Of a DNA stretch of 64,000 nucleotides, positions 30,382 through 39,586 are shown in pieces (position 1 is the stretch's first letter; every line of letters starts with the position of its first letter). The stretch is from Phycisphaerae bacterium (GTDB taxonomy: Bacteria > Planctomycetota > Phycisphaerae > SM23-33): the NCBI GenBank assembly GCA_016929245.1, contig JAFGJE010000233.1, positions 1,883 to 65,882 of the forward strand. Reading direction: 5' to 3'. The notes under the pieces were generated by a model that did no database searches, was not told where the DNA came from, and was given only the letters and a program-made list of their open reading frames with translations. Position numbers and translations under genes: made by a program.

Positions 30382-32010
30382 TCAATGGTTGAAATGTCTC
30401 GCGCCGGTGAAGATCATCGCCAGGCCCAGTTTGTCCGCGTAGGCGATGACGTCTTCGTCTTTCTTTCCGCCGCCGGGTTCGATGACGGCGGTGGCGCCGG
30501 CTTCTTTGGCCCAGTCGAGGCTGTCCGGGAATGGGAAAAACGCGTCGCTGGCGAGCACGCAACCGTTCAGGTCCACCTTGTCCCCGCCGCCGTACTGCTT
30601 GGCGATCTGGCCGGCGAGGAACGCGGAGTTCACGCGGCTCATCTGACCGGCTCCGGCGCCCAGCAGCGTCCGGTCTTTCGCCAGCACAATCGCGTTGGAC
30701 TTCACGTGCTTGCAGACCAACCAGGCGAATTTAAGGTCCGCCAGTTCCTGCTCGGAAGGTTGTCGCTTCGTGACGACCTTCCAGTCATCGGTGTTCAGGC
30801 CCAGCAGATCGCGATCCTGCACCAGCATTCCGCCGACGCAGTACTTAAGGAACCTTTCCTTGTTCCGTTTGCCGTCGAAGTCGCCGACTTCCAACAGCCG
30901 CACGTCCTGACCCCAGCCTTCGCGGGCCTGGATGGTTTCGATCGCGCCGTCCTCGAAGCTCGGTGCGATGACGATTTCGGCGAAGAATCCGCCGGCGCCG
31001 GCGTCTTTACCCCAGCGCTGGTACGTTTCGGTGATCGCCGCGGCAAGGTCCTTCGTGACCGGCCGATTGACCGCCACGATGCCGCCCATGCACGCGTTGA
31101 CGTCGCCGTAGTAGGCTTTGCGATACGCTTCGACCAGGTTCGCGTCGACCGCGCAGCCGGCGGGGTTGGCGTGCTTAATGATCGCGATGGCGGGATCGTC
31201 GAATTCCTTCACGAGCTCCAGCGCGCCGTTGGCGTCGAAGTAGTTGTTGTAGCTGATGGGTTTTCCGCCCAGAAGTTTCGCTCGGCCCATGCAGGGTTCG
31301 TTGGCGGCCTCCGAGGAAACGTAGAACGCGCCGGCCTGGTGGGGATTCTCGCCGTAGCGAAGCTCCTGGGATTTGGTATAGCTGAACGTCATCCGCTCGG
31401 GGAATTTCTCGTCAAGTTGCTCCGCGAGATACGTGCTGATGGCGGTGTCATACTGGGCCGTCAGGCTGAACGCCCGACGGGCGAACTTCCGCCGCAGCGC
31501 GAAGCTGGTTTCGCCGTTGCCGGCTTTCAATTCCGCGAGCAGTTCGTCGTACTGCGCCGTTTCGGTCACGACGGTGACGTACTTGTGATTCTTGGCGGCC
31601 GCCCGGACCATCGTCGGCCCGCCGATGTCGATCATCTCGACCGCCTCCGCGAGGGTCGTGCCTTCCTTCGCGATGACATCCGTGAAGGGATACAGCGACA
31701 CGACGACCAGGTCGAGGGGTTCCAGGCCGTATTTTTCGATGTCGGCCTGGTGCTCCGGATCGTCTCGCAGCGCGAGGATCGCGCCGTGAACTTTCGGATG
31801 CAGCGTCACCACGCGATGCCCCAGCATTTCCGGGAATCCCGTCCATTCCTGGACGTACCGCACGGGGATGCCCGCTTCTTCGATCTTCCCGGCTGTCCCG
31901 CCGGAGGAAATGATCTCCACGCCCATGTCCGCCAGCGCCCGGGCGAATTCCACGACGCCCGTCTTGTCAAATACGCTGATCAGCGCCCGCCGCACTCGTA
32001 CCGAATCCAT
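30382..32010 (-). CDS. purH: bifunctional AICAR transformylase / IMP cyclohydrolase PurH
   Basis: MDSVRVRRALISVFDKTGVVEFARALADMGVEIISSGGTA... and full-length colinear PurH motifs. Confidence 0.95.
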   Translation of the reverse strand: MDSVRVRRALISVFDKTGVVEFARALADMGVEIISSGGTAGKIEEAGIPVRYVQEWTGFPEMLGHRVVTLHPKVHGAILALRDDPEHQADIEKYGLEPLDLVVVSLYPFTDVIAKEGTTLAEAVEMIDIGGPTMVRAAAKNHKYVTVVTETAQYDELLAELKAGNGETSFALRRKFARRAFSLTAQYDTAISTYLAEQLDEKFPERMTFSYTKSQELRYGENPHQAGAFYVSSEAANEPCMGRAKLLGGKPISYNNYFDANGALELVKEFDDPAIAIIKHANPAGCAVDANLVEAYRKAYYGDVNACMGGIVAVNRPVTKDLAAAITETYQRWGKDAGAGGFFAEIVIAPSFEDGAIETIQAREGWGQDVRLLEVGDFDGKRNKERFLKYCVGGMLVQDRDLLGLNTDDWKVVTKRQPSEQELADLKFAWLVCKHVKSNAIVLAKDRTLLGAGAGQMSRVNSAFLAGQIAKQYGGGDKVDLNGCVLASDAFFPFPDSLDWAKEAGATAVIEPGGGKKDEDVIAYADKLGLAMIFTGARHFNH

Positions 32011-32116
32011 CGCTTTTATGTCCTTCCTGTTATCTTCCGAAAAAAAGAACCTTCATGAAAGCTGGTGGGACAGAGCCCCACCAGCCTTGGTGTTTGGGGA
32101 ACCCCAAAACCGTTTT

Positions 32117-33364
32117 CTATTTCGTCAGCATTTCCGCGGTCAGTCGCCCGGCCTTGGTGGGCCGAATGCAGAACAACTGTCCCGACCGCGTGGCGGTGTA
32201 GATCGCCGGCGCCCTGGTGTTCGGGGCGTAAAAATCGAAGCCGTCCAGCGGAACGACGACGTCCGTCTTTCCGGTGATTTCATTGACGAGATGCAGCTTC
32301 TTTTTCGCGTCCAGCACGTGGACCACGTTTTCCATAATCGACAATACCATTCGGCCTTCGGGCATCTTCCAGCGAACGTTCCCGTTGGTCACGTCGACGG
32401 CGTATAAGCCGTCGTTTTCGATGTACTGGAAAAGCGTCTTGTCGCCCATTTGCATCGGCCCGCCGACGGAACCCTTCACGACGACCGCCGGCCAAAGCGC
32501 CTTCCCGGTGGAAGGATGGAAGGCGTAAATACGGTTGTCGTTGCAGGCGAAAAACAATCCTTTTTCGTCCACGTGGCATTTTTCGGGGATCGAACCGTCG
32601 AACGTTCGCTGCCATTGCTTTTGGCCGTACTTCTCCACGCCGGCGCAGCGGAACAGTCCGTCCAGCGTGCTCATGAAGATATTCCGATTGTAATACGCCA
32701 TCGGCGCGGTGACATTCTGTCCGAGATATTCCTTCCAGATCAGGACGTTGGGCATGAGTTTGATCGCGCAATAATTCTTATCCGCGGTTCCGACGTAAAA
32801 CGACGTGCCGTCGCTGACGCCGGCGTCCGTGGCGATTCGGTCGGGGAAACGAACGTCCCGGTAGGTTTGGCCGTTTTTTCGATCCACGACCATCAGGTGC
32901 GTCATGCTGTTGACGAGAACGGCGTCGAATTCATCGAAGTCGGAGATCGTTTCCGGGTTGGCGATGTCGTTGATGGTGCCGATGCGTTTCGGCAGGCGCA
33001 TCCCCGGGACATGGGTGGGCTCGAAAATGCGATTGGTGTCATGTCCGACGCGCACGAACCATTTGGGATTTCCCACCGCCGCGTCCACCGCGCGGAGGCA
33101 GTGGGTGTTCGTGATGAGATACAGATTCTCCTCCAGGACGTACATGCGCGTGACGCGTTCTCCCCCGGCCAGCAGCATCTCCCGTTTCCAGTAATACTGC
33201 AGTCGAGCGGGCGCCAGATCGCTCGGTTGCGGATGGGCGGACACCGCCGGATGAACCGGTCGGCCTGGTTTGGGTTCCGCCGGCGCGGCGCGCCACAGCG
33301 TCGCCATCAACGCGAAAACCACCGCCGCGAGGACTGCGGGACGACGAAACAACTGCATTGTCAT
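32117..33364 (-). CDS. PQQ-like beta-propeller repeat protein (BamB-like fold), secreted
   Basis: GAGGAG ribosome-binding site 7 nt before the ATG of MTMQLFRRPAVLAAVVFALMATLWRAAPA (signal peptide). Repeated ...DG.LY..D..TG...W... blades. Confidence 0.7.
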   Translation of the reverse strand: MTMQLFRRPAVLAAVVFALMATLWRAAPAEPKPGRPVHPAVSAHPQPSDLAPARLQYYWKREMLLAGGERVTRMYVLEENLYLITNTHCLRAVDAAVGNPKWFVRVGHDTNRIFEPTHVPGMRLPKRIGTINDIANPETISDFDEFDAVLVNSMTHLMVVDRKNGQTYRDVRFPDRIATDAGVSDGTSFYVGTADKNYCAIKLMPNVLIWKEYLGQNVTAPMAYYNRNIFMSTLDGLFRCAGVEKYGQKQWQRTFDGSIPEKCHVDEKGLFFACNDNRIYAFHPSTGKALWPAVVVKGSVGGPMQMGDKTLFQYIENDGLYAVDVTNGNVRWKMPEGRMVLSIMENVVHVLDAKKKLHLVNEITGKTDVVVPLDGFDFYAPNTRAPAIYTATRSGQLFCIRPTKAGRLTAEMLTK

Positions 33365-33434
33365 GGGATGACTCCTCACTCCCGGCGAACGCGAAATTCC
33401 GGATGGGATTTCAACCGTCGCGCGCCGATTTCAT

Positions 33435-33755
33435 TTATGATTCCATTTTGACGTATTCGCTCAGGTCCACGTTATGATCCGTTTCAAACGCGCGCAGGCG
33501 ACGGATTCGCTCCAGATCGTCTTCGATCCGATGCGCCAGTTTGAAAATATAAGGCCGACCGGCCAGGCGGGCTTGCAGGTCCGCGACCATTTCATCCCAA
33601 CGGCCTTCGTACAACTCGTGCTTGAGGATCACCAGCATGCGCTCTTCATTTCCCAGCGCATCGACGAACCACTGCACGGGTCGGCCGGCTTCATCCGTGT
33701 CGGGCGCCACTGGAGAACCTCCGGCTGCCGATCCAAACTCACCGCGGGCGAACAC
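33435..33755 (-). CDS. hypothetical small protein (possibly shorter, starting at internal MLVILKHELYEGRW...)
   Basis: Open frame directly upstream of and co-oriented with the beta-propeller gene. No recognisable domain. Confidence 0.3.
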   Translation of the reverse strand: MFARGEFGSAAGGSPVAPDTDEAGRPVQWFVDALGNEERMLVILKHELYEGRWDEMVADLQARLAGRPYIFKLAHRIEDDLERIRRLRAFETDHNVDLSEYVKMES

Positions 33756-33971
33756 CGCCCCGGTATGGTAGTTCTACACTCTAGTGAAGCCCGCCGATCT
33801 TTGCAACCGATTTGTGGGCGGCCGGGCGGAGAGAGCTTTTCCCGCGTCGAAGGGAAGAGGCCTTTCAGGTTTTTTCAAAGAACTTTTCCTTCAGGTCCGA
33901 TATCCCTCCTGGACGATAAGGGTTTCATAGGATTGTATCCGCGCTCTGGATCATCGGACAAAGGAGCCGTC

Positions 33972-35483
33972 ATGTATCGTAAAACGATGCTGATCGGATG
34001 TGTTTTCGCTGCTGTACTGTTGTCTGCCTCGCCCCTGTCCGCCGGCGAAAATATTGAGGATCTCAAGGAGCAGGTTCGTCGGCTGAATCAAAGGCTGGAA
34101 AAAATCGAATCCGAAAAAACCCGGCGGATCGAGAAGGAAGAACTCGCCGGATTGATGAAGGAAATCCTGGACGAAGCCCAGGCCACCCCCGCCCTGCCGG
34201 ACTGGATGCGGAACCTGACGTTCTACGGCGATTTCCGCCTGCGATTCGAGCATCAAACGTTCCAGGGACGCCAGGGCGGCGGAACCACCGTCGCCAATCC
34301 GCGGGTCGGGGAACCGAAGGATCGTAATCGCATTCGCATGCGCCTGCGCTTCGGGTTCACCAAAACGTGGTGGGACGACCAGATGGAAGTCGGATTTCGA
34401 CTCTGTTCCGGAGACAATTCCCCCACTGGCGCGAACCAGACGATGACCGGCGACTTCTCCAAAAAGCCCATCTGGATCGACCTGATGTACGCCAAGTACA
34501 AACCCAACTGGGCCAAAGGCCTCGAAGTCGGCGGCGGTAAAGTGCTGAATCCCATCAAAACCCGCACGATGATCACCTGGGATTCCGGCCTGAATCCGGA
34601 AGGAATCTATATGGATTACGTCGCGCCGTTCTTCGGGGAATTCAAACCGTACGCCCAGATGGGGTTCTGGATGGTCAACGAAAACGGCACGCGCTCGGCA
34701 GCCGGGATGAATACCGGCGCGACCCTGCGGGACACGGTGATGTTCCATCAGGGGGCGGGTTTCGAGTGGAAGTTCATGGACGCGCTGGAATGGTTCTTCG
34801 GGATGACGTACTACGAATATAAAAACGTCGGCGCCTCCACGGGCGGTTTTATCGGGCGCTACGGCCCCGACGGGCAATGGGCGGACAACGGCCTGGGCGG
34901 ACAGACCCCCACGCAGAACGCCGCGGCGGCCACCCAGGCCTACGCGGCGGCGGATTTCCGCCAGTTGGAATTGACCACGAAAGTCGGATGGAAACTGGCG
35001 TTCCTGCCCACACCGCTGCAAAAATGGATGGCGTGGTTCACGTTCGTGCATAATTTCGAGGACGATTACAACGTGTGGAACAATCCCACCGTCCCCGCGC
35101 TGGGCGGAATCGGCGCGGACCGTCACTTCAAAAACGATCCCAATGCCTACGCCGCCGGATTCCAGGTCGGCGAAAACAGCAAGAAAAACGATATCTCCAT
35201 CGCCTACGCGTGCTACTACATCGAGTACGGATCGGTCGCGCAGGGCTTCGGCGACGGGGCGCTGGGCGGCCCGAACAGCAAGGGACATCTGCTCCAGGCG
35301 ATTTACAACATCGACGATTTCCTGACCGTCGGCGGCACGATGATCCTCTTCCAGCCGATCCATACCAACGACAATCCCGCCAACGCCAATAACGCCAACG
35401 CCGCCAACGGCCCGGCGGTGCTGTTCCCGCACAGCCAGGACCTCACCGCGACGTTCCGGCTGGAGCTGGTCTGGAAATTCTGA
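33972..35483 (+). CDS. putative outer-membrane porin (N-terminal coiled coil plus beta-barrel, C-terminal Phe)
   Basis: AAGGAG ribosome-binding site. Signal peptide MYRKTMLIGCVFAAVLLSASPLSA. Coiled-coil segment ...LKEQVRRLNQRLEKIESEK.... Aromatic/Gly-rich amphipathic strands ending ...FRLELVWKF. The antisense 493-aa track ORF is rejected. Confidence 0.65.
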   Translation: MYRKTMLIGCVFAAVLLSASPLSAGENIEDLKEQVRRLNQRLEKIESEKTRRIEKEELAGLMKEILDEAQATPALPDWMRNLTFYGDFRLRFEHQTFQGRQGGGTTVANPRVGEPKDRNRIRMRLRFGFTKTWWDDQMEVGFRLCSGDNSPTGANQTMTGDFSKKPIWIDLMYAKYKPNWAKGLEVGGGKVLNPIKTRTMITWDSGLNPEGIYMDYVAPFFGEFKPYAQMGFWMVNENGTRSAAGMNTGATLRDTVMFHQGAGFEWKFMDALEWFFGMTYYEYKNVGASTGGFIGRYGPDGQWADNGLGGQTPTQNAAAATQAYAAADFRQLELTTKVGWKLAFLPTPLQKWMAWFTFVHNFEDDYNVWNNPTVPALGGIGADRHFKNDPNAYAAGFQVGENSKKNDISIAYACYYIEYGSVAQGFGDGALGGPNSKGHLLQAIYNIDDFLTVGGTMILFQPIHTNDNPANANNANAANGPAVLFPHSQDLTATFRLELVWKF

Positions 35484-35520
35484 TCCTTTCGAAAATAAAC
35501 GAATACATCATCTGATGTTC

Positions 35521-35576
35521 CAACGACGCCAAACGGCAAGCCTCCACTGATATCGGCTTGCCGTTTGGCGTTGTTG
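35521..35576. repeat. conserved palindromic terminator-like element, copy 2
   Basis: CAACGACGCCAAACGGCAAGCC-tccactgatatc-GGCTTGCCGTTTGGCGTTGTTG followed by GAAAAAGAGG, 38 bp after the porin stop. Confidence 0.6.
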
Positions 35577-35684
35577 GAAAAAGAGGGGGATACAATGTCC
35601 GAAACTCGGTCGCAAGACACGCGCCGTGTAAAGCGGGAGGTTTTTTTTCTATCCGAATGATTATCCTTCGCAATTCATCATCGA

Positions 35685-35739
35685 TGCTCGAACCATTCCC
35701 GCCAGTCGTCGGGAAGATTGTACTGGGCGATGTGCGTCG
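35685..35739. repeat. 55-bp perfect direct repeat, left copy (duplicate of the MTAP gene 3' end) flanking the restriction-modification cassette
   Basis: TGCTCGAACCATTCCCGCCAGTCGTCGGGAAGATTGTACTGGGCGATGTGCGTCG is identical to 37736-37790. The reverse strand encodes ...LPDDWREWFEH. Confidence 0.85.
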
Positions 35740-35967
35740 GAAAGAACGTTCCTCAGACGTGCAAGGACGAAAAACAGGTTAGTTGACAATATTGGAATTG
35801 CCGGTTTCCACGCAAGAGGCTATAACATGGCTTATTCCGGTTTTCCCATTGTCAGTTCATATTTTAAAACCACATCCTCTGGGTGTTGATTCTTGAACTC
35901 GACGATGAGATATACGGTTGTTTGTATATTGATTCAGAATTAACTTCCTCAAAATTTTTTGAAAATA

Positions 35968-36687
35968 ATGTCGAAAATTCACCCGAAAATAAAAGCGCAA
36001 ATTGAAAAAGTCACCGGAAAGCGTTCTTTGGCTGTGATTCATCACATTGTGCAAAACGGTCGAATTACAACCGAAGAACTGAAGGAAATCTACGGATACA
36101 ATCACCCTCCACGCGCGGCGCGAGATGTCCGGGAACAAGGTGTGCCGTTGGATACTATCAAGGTTCGTGGTTCTGACGGCCGTCTTATTGCGGCGTATGT
36201 TTTCGGAGATCCTTCAAAAATAGAGCAACATAAACTCGGTGGTCGAAAAATATTTACAAAAGCATTCAAGAAACTACTTATCGAACAACAAGGATCGATT
36301 TGTGCCGTTACCGGTGAACCATTTCACCCGAGATACCTCTCGATTGATCATCGAATTCCTTACGAAGTGGCAGGAGATCAGATTTTCGGGGAAGACAATC
36401 CTTCGGCGTTTATGCTGATTTCCGCGGCGGCGCAGCGTCAAAAAAGTTGGTCCTGTGAGCAGTGCGAAAATTGGACCGAGGTAAAGAACCCGAAAATCTG
36501 TAAACGTTGTTACTGGGCTTTTCCTGAGAATTATAAGCATATTGCAATGGAGGAAAGGCGAAGGATCGAGATTGTCTGGATAGGATCGGATGAGGTGGCG
36601 GAATACGAACAATTACAAAAAACGTGCCGAAAAAACGGCGTGTCGCTGATTTTATTCATAAAACAGACAATGAAAAAAATTCTTTAA
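35968..36687 (+). CDS. HNH-family endonuclease, putative Type II restriction endonuclease
   Basis: Low-GC gene. N-terminal winged-helix-like segment, then an HNH core ...HPRYLSIDHRIPYEVAGD...N...C.QCENW...NPKICKRCYW... (His/Asn plus Cys4). Tail-to-tail 4-bp overlap with the Dam-class methyltransferase gene. Confidence 0.6.
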   Translation: MSKIHPKIKAQIEKVTGKRSLAVIHHIVQNGRITTEELKEIYGYNHPPRAARDVREQGVPLDTIKVRGSDGRLIAAYVFGDPSKIEQHKLGGRKIFTKAFKKLLIEQQGSICAVTGEPFHPRYLSIDHRIPYEVAGDQIFGEDNPSAFMLISAAAQRQKSWSCEQCENWTEVKNPKICKRCYWAFPENYKHIAMEERRRIEIVWIGSDEVAEYEQLQKTCRKNGVSLILFIKQTMKKIL

Positions 36688-37598
36688 TCAAATAATGTGC
36701 AAGTCCTTTGTCGCGTTTTTCGAAGAGGCAGCGGAATGGTTTTCAGTTTTTCGATCGCTGCGGGGGAAAGATACAAAGACTCATATGTATTATGACTCCG
36801 ACCAAGCAATGTGGCCTGCGTGGATCGACCAACAAGAATCTCACAATGGAATAAGTTGAGTGATTCAGGTAGTTTTTCACCGTAAGTCGTGTCTCCTGTA
36901 CGCCCATCATAACTTACGACGAAGGGAATTTGTTTCGCATTTAAAGCGTTTAATTCCTCAACGAATTCATCAAAAACAATACCCTTGACATATCGATTGT
37001 CTCGATTTCGACATACTCCCTGATATGGGGGATCCATATAGACAAAATCCGTCTTTTTTGTTTTACGAAGAACGGCTTTGAAATCACTCGTTGAAACCGT
37101 CGTTCTGTCACACAATACCTTGTGAACCAGGATGATATTATTCCTCATCGTGTCGGGTTTCATTCCAAGCCGTCGGTGATCCGGACTATTGTTAAATTCC
37201 CCGTTCCTGTTGTACCGAATCGCCGCTTTCACACAACGGGCCAGGAGAAAAAGGAAATCCGCCGGTTGCTGTGTGCGATTGAATTTATTTCGAACTAAAT
37301 TATAATATTCTTTTTCCCGTCCAAGTTGTTCCGTCCAGATTCGTTCATAATCATCCGCGAGAGCAAGAGGGGAAGTAAGAATACAATTCCATAACGAAAT
37401 AAGGGGTTGGTGCGCATCATTCAACCAAAAGGTTTCCGCCACTCCATTCCAGGCGGCCGCAACGGATATCGCAGCGGAACCCGCGAAGGGTTCCAGCAAA
37501 CGGCGCGTGCCTTTGGGAATACAGGAGAGAATAACGGAGGCCAGCTTTCGCTTGCTTCCTTGATACGGAAACGGTTGTGGAACGTTTCGTATTCGCAA
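36684..37598 (-). CDS. N6-adenine DNA methyltransferase, D12 (Dam) class
   Basis: ...PFPYQGSKRKLA...LLEPFAGSAAIS... is motif I. ...DFVYMDPPYQG... is motif IV (DPPY). Low GC relative to the surroundings. Confidence 0.9.
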   Translation of the reverse strand: MRIRNVPQPFPYQGSKRKLASVILSCIPKGTRRLLEPFAGSAAISVAAAWNGVAETFWLNDAHQPLISLWNCILTSPLALADDYERIWTEQLGREKEYYNLVRNKFNRTQQPADFLFLLARCVKAAIRYNRNGEFNNSPDHRRLGMKPDTMRNNIILVHKVLCDRTTVSTSDFKAVLRKTKKTDFVYMDPPYQGVCRNRDNRYVKGIVFDEFVEELNALNAKQIPFVVSYDGRTGDTTYGEKLPESLNLFHCEILVGRSTQATLLGRSHNTYESLYLSPAAIEKLKTIPLPLRKTRQRTCTLFD

Positions 37599-37728
37599 AA
37601 ACTTGTACTTCCTCTCCGCGTTATATTGTTGGAACTGTTTTTATCGCGTAATTATCATTTCGTGGAATCATCGGCTTTTGTCCGATTGTAACGTTTTTTG
37701 TGGAAAAATACACCCGTGATCAACTACG

Positions 37729-38604
37729 TCAACGGTGCTCGAACCATTCCCGCCAGTCGTCGGGAAGATTGTACTGGGCGATGTGCGTCGCCTGGGACGC
37801 CGCCGGGGCGTAAGTTTCCAGGTTCAACTCCGCCAAGCCGATCGCGAGATTCGCGGCGATGCGTCCCAGCGCCCCGGCCGGCCCGCCGCGACGGTCCGCG
37901 TCGGCAGGATCGTCCAGGTCCTTGAACAACCCCCCTCCCGTGAAAGGCTGTCGCCGGTTGCCCATCTCCGCGTACGCGGTGACGTAGCAGACGGCCGCGT
38001 ATCCCATCTGAAGCTCCCGCGCGAGAAACGGTTCGGGCAGGAACGTCCGCGTGACGATCTCCGCGCCGATCATCGAGAGCATGCGCACCTCCGCGGGGGT
38101 TTCCAGGCGCGGGCCTTCCCGCACGGCCGCCACCCCGGAGGTGTGATACACCAGCTTCATGTCCTGAAGCGTTCCCGCCAGCCGGCGGCGGAGTTCCTCG
38201 CAGAAGACGGGAAACTGTCGCAATCCCCCCAGCGGGGAATCCTCGAAGAACGTGCTCGCTCGCTGGTGCGTCTGGTCGATCACGTCGCTGAGGATGACCA
38301 GGTCGCCCTCGGTGATGTTGTGCGTAATCGCGGCGCCCGGTCCCCAGCCGAGGATGCAATGCACTCCGAGATCCTTCAGCGCGTAGAGATTCGCGCGGGC
38401 GTTGACGCGATGCGGCGCCGTTTTGTCCATGCCCGACGCCCGGCGCGCCAGCAGGTAATACGACGCTTCGTCGCCGCGGATATGAAAGACATCCCCGCTC
38501 TCGCCGTAGGGCGTCGCGCGACGACCCAGCGCCTGACCCTGGATCAGGCCGGCGGACCACTGGCGGTACATTTCGTCGTCGGCAATGCAGGCTAAGACAG
38601 CCAT
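37729..38604 (-). CDS. purine nucleoside phosphorylase family 2 protein, S-methyl-5'-thioadenosine (or thioinosine) phosphorylase-like
   Basis: MAVLACIADDEMY... then ...APHRVNARANLYALKDLGVHCILGWGPGAAI... matches the MTAP motif (H..P..VNYRANIWALKELGV). The track ORF has a 30-aa spurious N-terminal extension. Confidence 0.8.
   Translation of the reverse strand: MAVLACIADDEMYRQWSAGLIQGQALGRRATPYGESGDVFHIRGDEASYYLLARRASGMDKTAPHRVNARANLYALKDLGVHCILGWGPGAAITHNITEGDLVILSDVIDQTHQRASTFFEDSPLGGLRQFPVFCEELRRRLAGTLQDMKLVYHTSGVAAVREGPRLETPAEVRMLSMIGAEIVTRTFLPEPFLARELQMGYAAVCYVTAYAEMGNRRQPFTGGGLFKDLDDPADADRRGGPAGALGRIAANLAIGLAELNLETYAPAASQATHIAQYNLPDDWREWFEHR
37736..37790. repeat. 55-bp perfect direct repeat, right copy (native 3' end of the MTAP gene)
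   Basis: Identical to 35685-35739. Forms the last ~18 codons of the minus-strand MTAP-family gene. Confidence 0.85.
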
Positions 38605-38869
38605 CCAAACGTCCTCGCGCAAAAAAGGGATCGAACAACAATACAAGGGGATTATGAAACGCCGACCACCGAAATGCAAGGCGTCGTTATACAAGAAAGA
38701 TATCGCGGAATAGAATCCTCCGCGTGTTGGACGTCATGGCGCGAGGAAGTCGTCCCTGAAAAAATTTCCATACCCTATATTCATGGGCTGAAAATTTTGT
38801 TCGGGCGGGGTATAGTTTGCAGGGAATTCACGGAGGAACCCACAAAACCTTGCAAAACAGGACGGAACC

Positions 38870-39240
38870 ATGAAGCCCAAACGCCAGCCCCGCGACACGT
38901 TCGAACTCTTCCGATCCCGCTTCGATCCAATCCTCAATCCGGACCACGAATTGATCCGGTTGGCCCAGCAGATCGACGGACCCCGCTTCGAGACGGCCTT
39001 CGCGGATTATTATTCGCCGGATATGGGTGCGCCGGGCAAGGACCGCAAACGATACGAATTCGGCCAGAAGATATCGGTCGCCACGACGAATCGAAGCCAT
39101 TGGTTCCGTCGCCGCGGAGTTGTGCGAGGGGAATCCCTACGACGGCCATACGTTGGCCTCGACATTGCAAGCCGTCGAAACCAACACCGGCGTCGCGGTA
39201 CAAGAGGCACGACTCATTCGAGAAGAATATGGTTTATAAA
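38870..39240 (+). pseudogene. internally deleted/frameshifted IS5/IS1182-family transposase remnant
   Basis: One frame reads ...FELFRSRFDPILNPDHELIRLAQQIDGPRFETAFADYYSPDMGAPGKD..., the InsH-type N-terminal domain. Another frame reads ...EGNPYDGHTLASTLQAVETNTG..., a DDE-domain fragment. There is no intact ORF. Confidence 0.45.
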
Positions 39241-39435
39241 ATTGTTCAAGGCGTCCGCGTTGATGAATCCGCCCTTCGATGATTTTTGTATTTTCGTTTC
39301 TTTGACTTTCCGTTATGGCATGGTATCTTAACTCCCATGACAGGCCGTCGACGAAAAGAAACGCCGTTTCCGGCGTAGCCATTGACATTTTCAACGAATT
39401 TTATTTTGTGATAACTGTATAGAATAAATAAACTT

Positions 39436-39509
39436 ACCCCGGTAGCTCAGCAGGATAGAGCATCGGTTTCCTAAACCGAAGGTCAGAGGTTCGAGTCCTC
39501 TCCGGGGTA
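39436..39509 (+). tRNA. tRNA-Arg (anticodon CCT)
   Basis: Cloverleaf folded by hand. Acceptor ACCCCGG/CCGGGGT, D-arm GCTC/GAGC, anticodon stem TCGGT/ACCGA with loop TTCCTAA, T-arm AGAGG-TTCGAGT-CCTCT, discriminator A. CCA is not encoded. Confidence 0.9.
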
Positions 39510-39586
39510 ATACTTTGAATGAGAGGAATAGAAAAAAACGCGGCGGGAACGATTCCCGCCGCGCGAGGACTTGTTGGGGTTGTTTG

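Noticed and set aside
21171-33451. Long antisense track ORFs inside the hybrid kinase, the TPR gene, the malic enzyme gene, purH and the PQQ-like gene (21171-22244, 22890-24149, 24907-25698, 25602-26342, 27541-28302, 30385-32058, 32450-33451)
   Set aside because: Each is fully contained in, and opposite to, a gene with strong family signatures. Their composition is that of GC-rich shadow ORFs.
33951-35432. 493-aa minus-strand ORF overlapping the porin-like gene
   Set aside because: The plus-strand frame has a signal peptide, an AAGGAG ribosome-binding site, a coiled coil, and a beta-barrel-like aromatic/Gly pattern ending in Phe. The minus frame is Arg/Gly/His-rich junk.
38674-39331. Treating track ORFs 38674-39282 and 38870-39331 as intact genes
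   Set aside because: The translations switch between transposase-like segments and low-complexity sequence. They are best explained as a decayed IS fragment, annotated as a pseudogene, not as functional CDSs.
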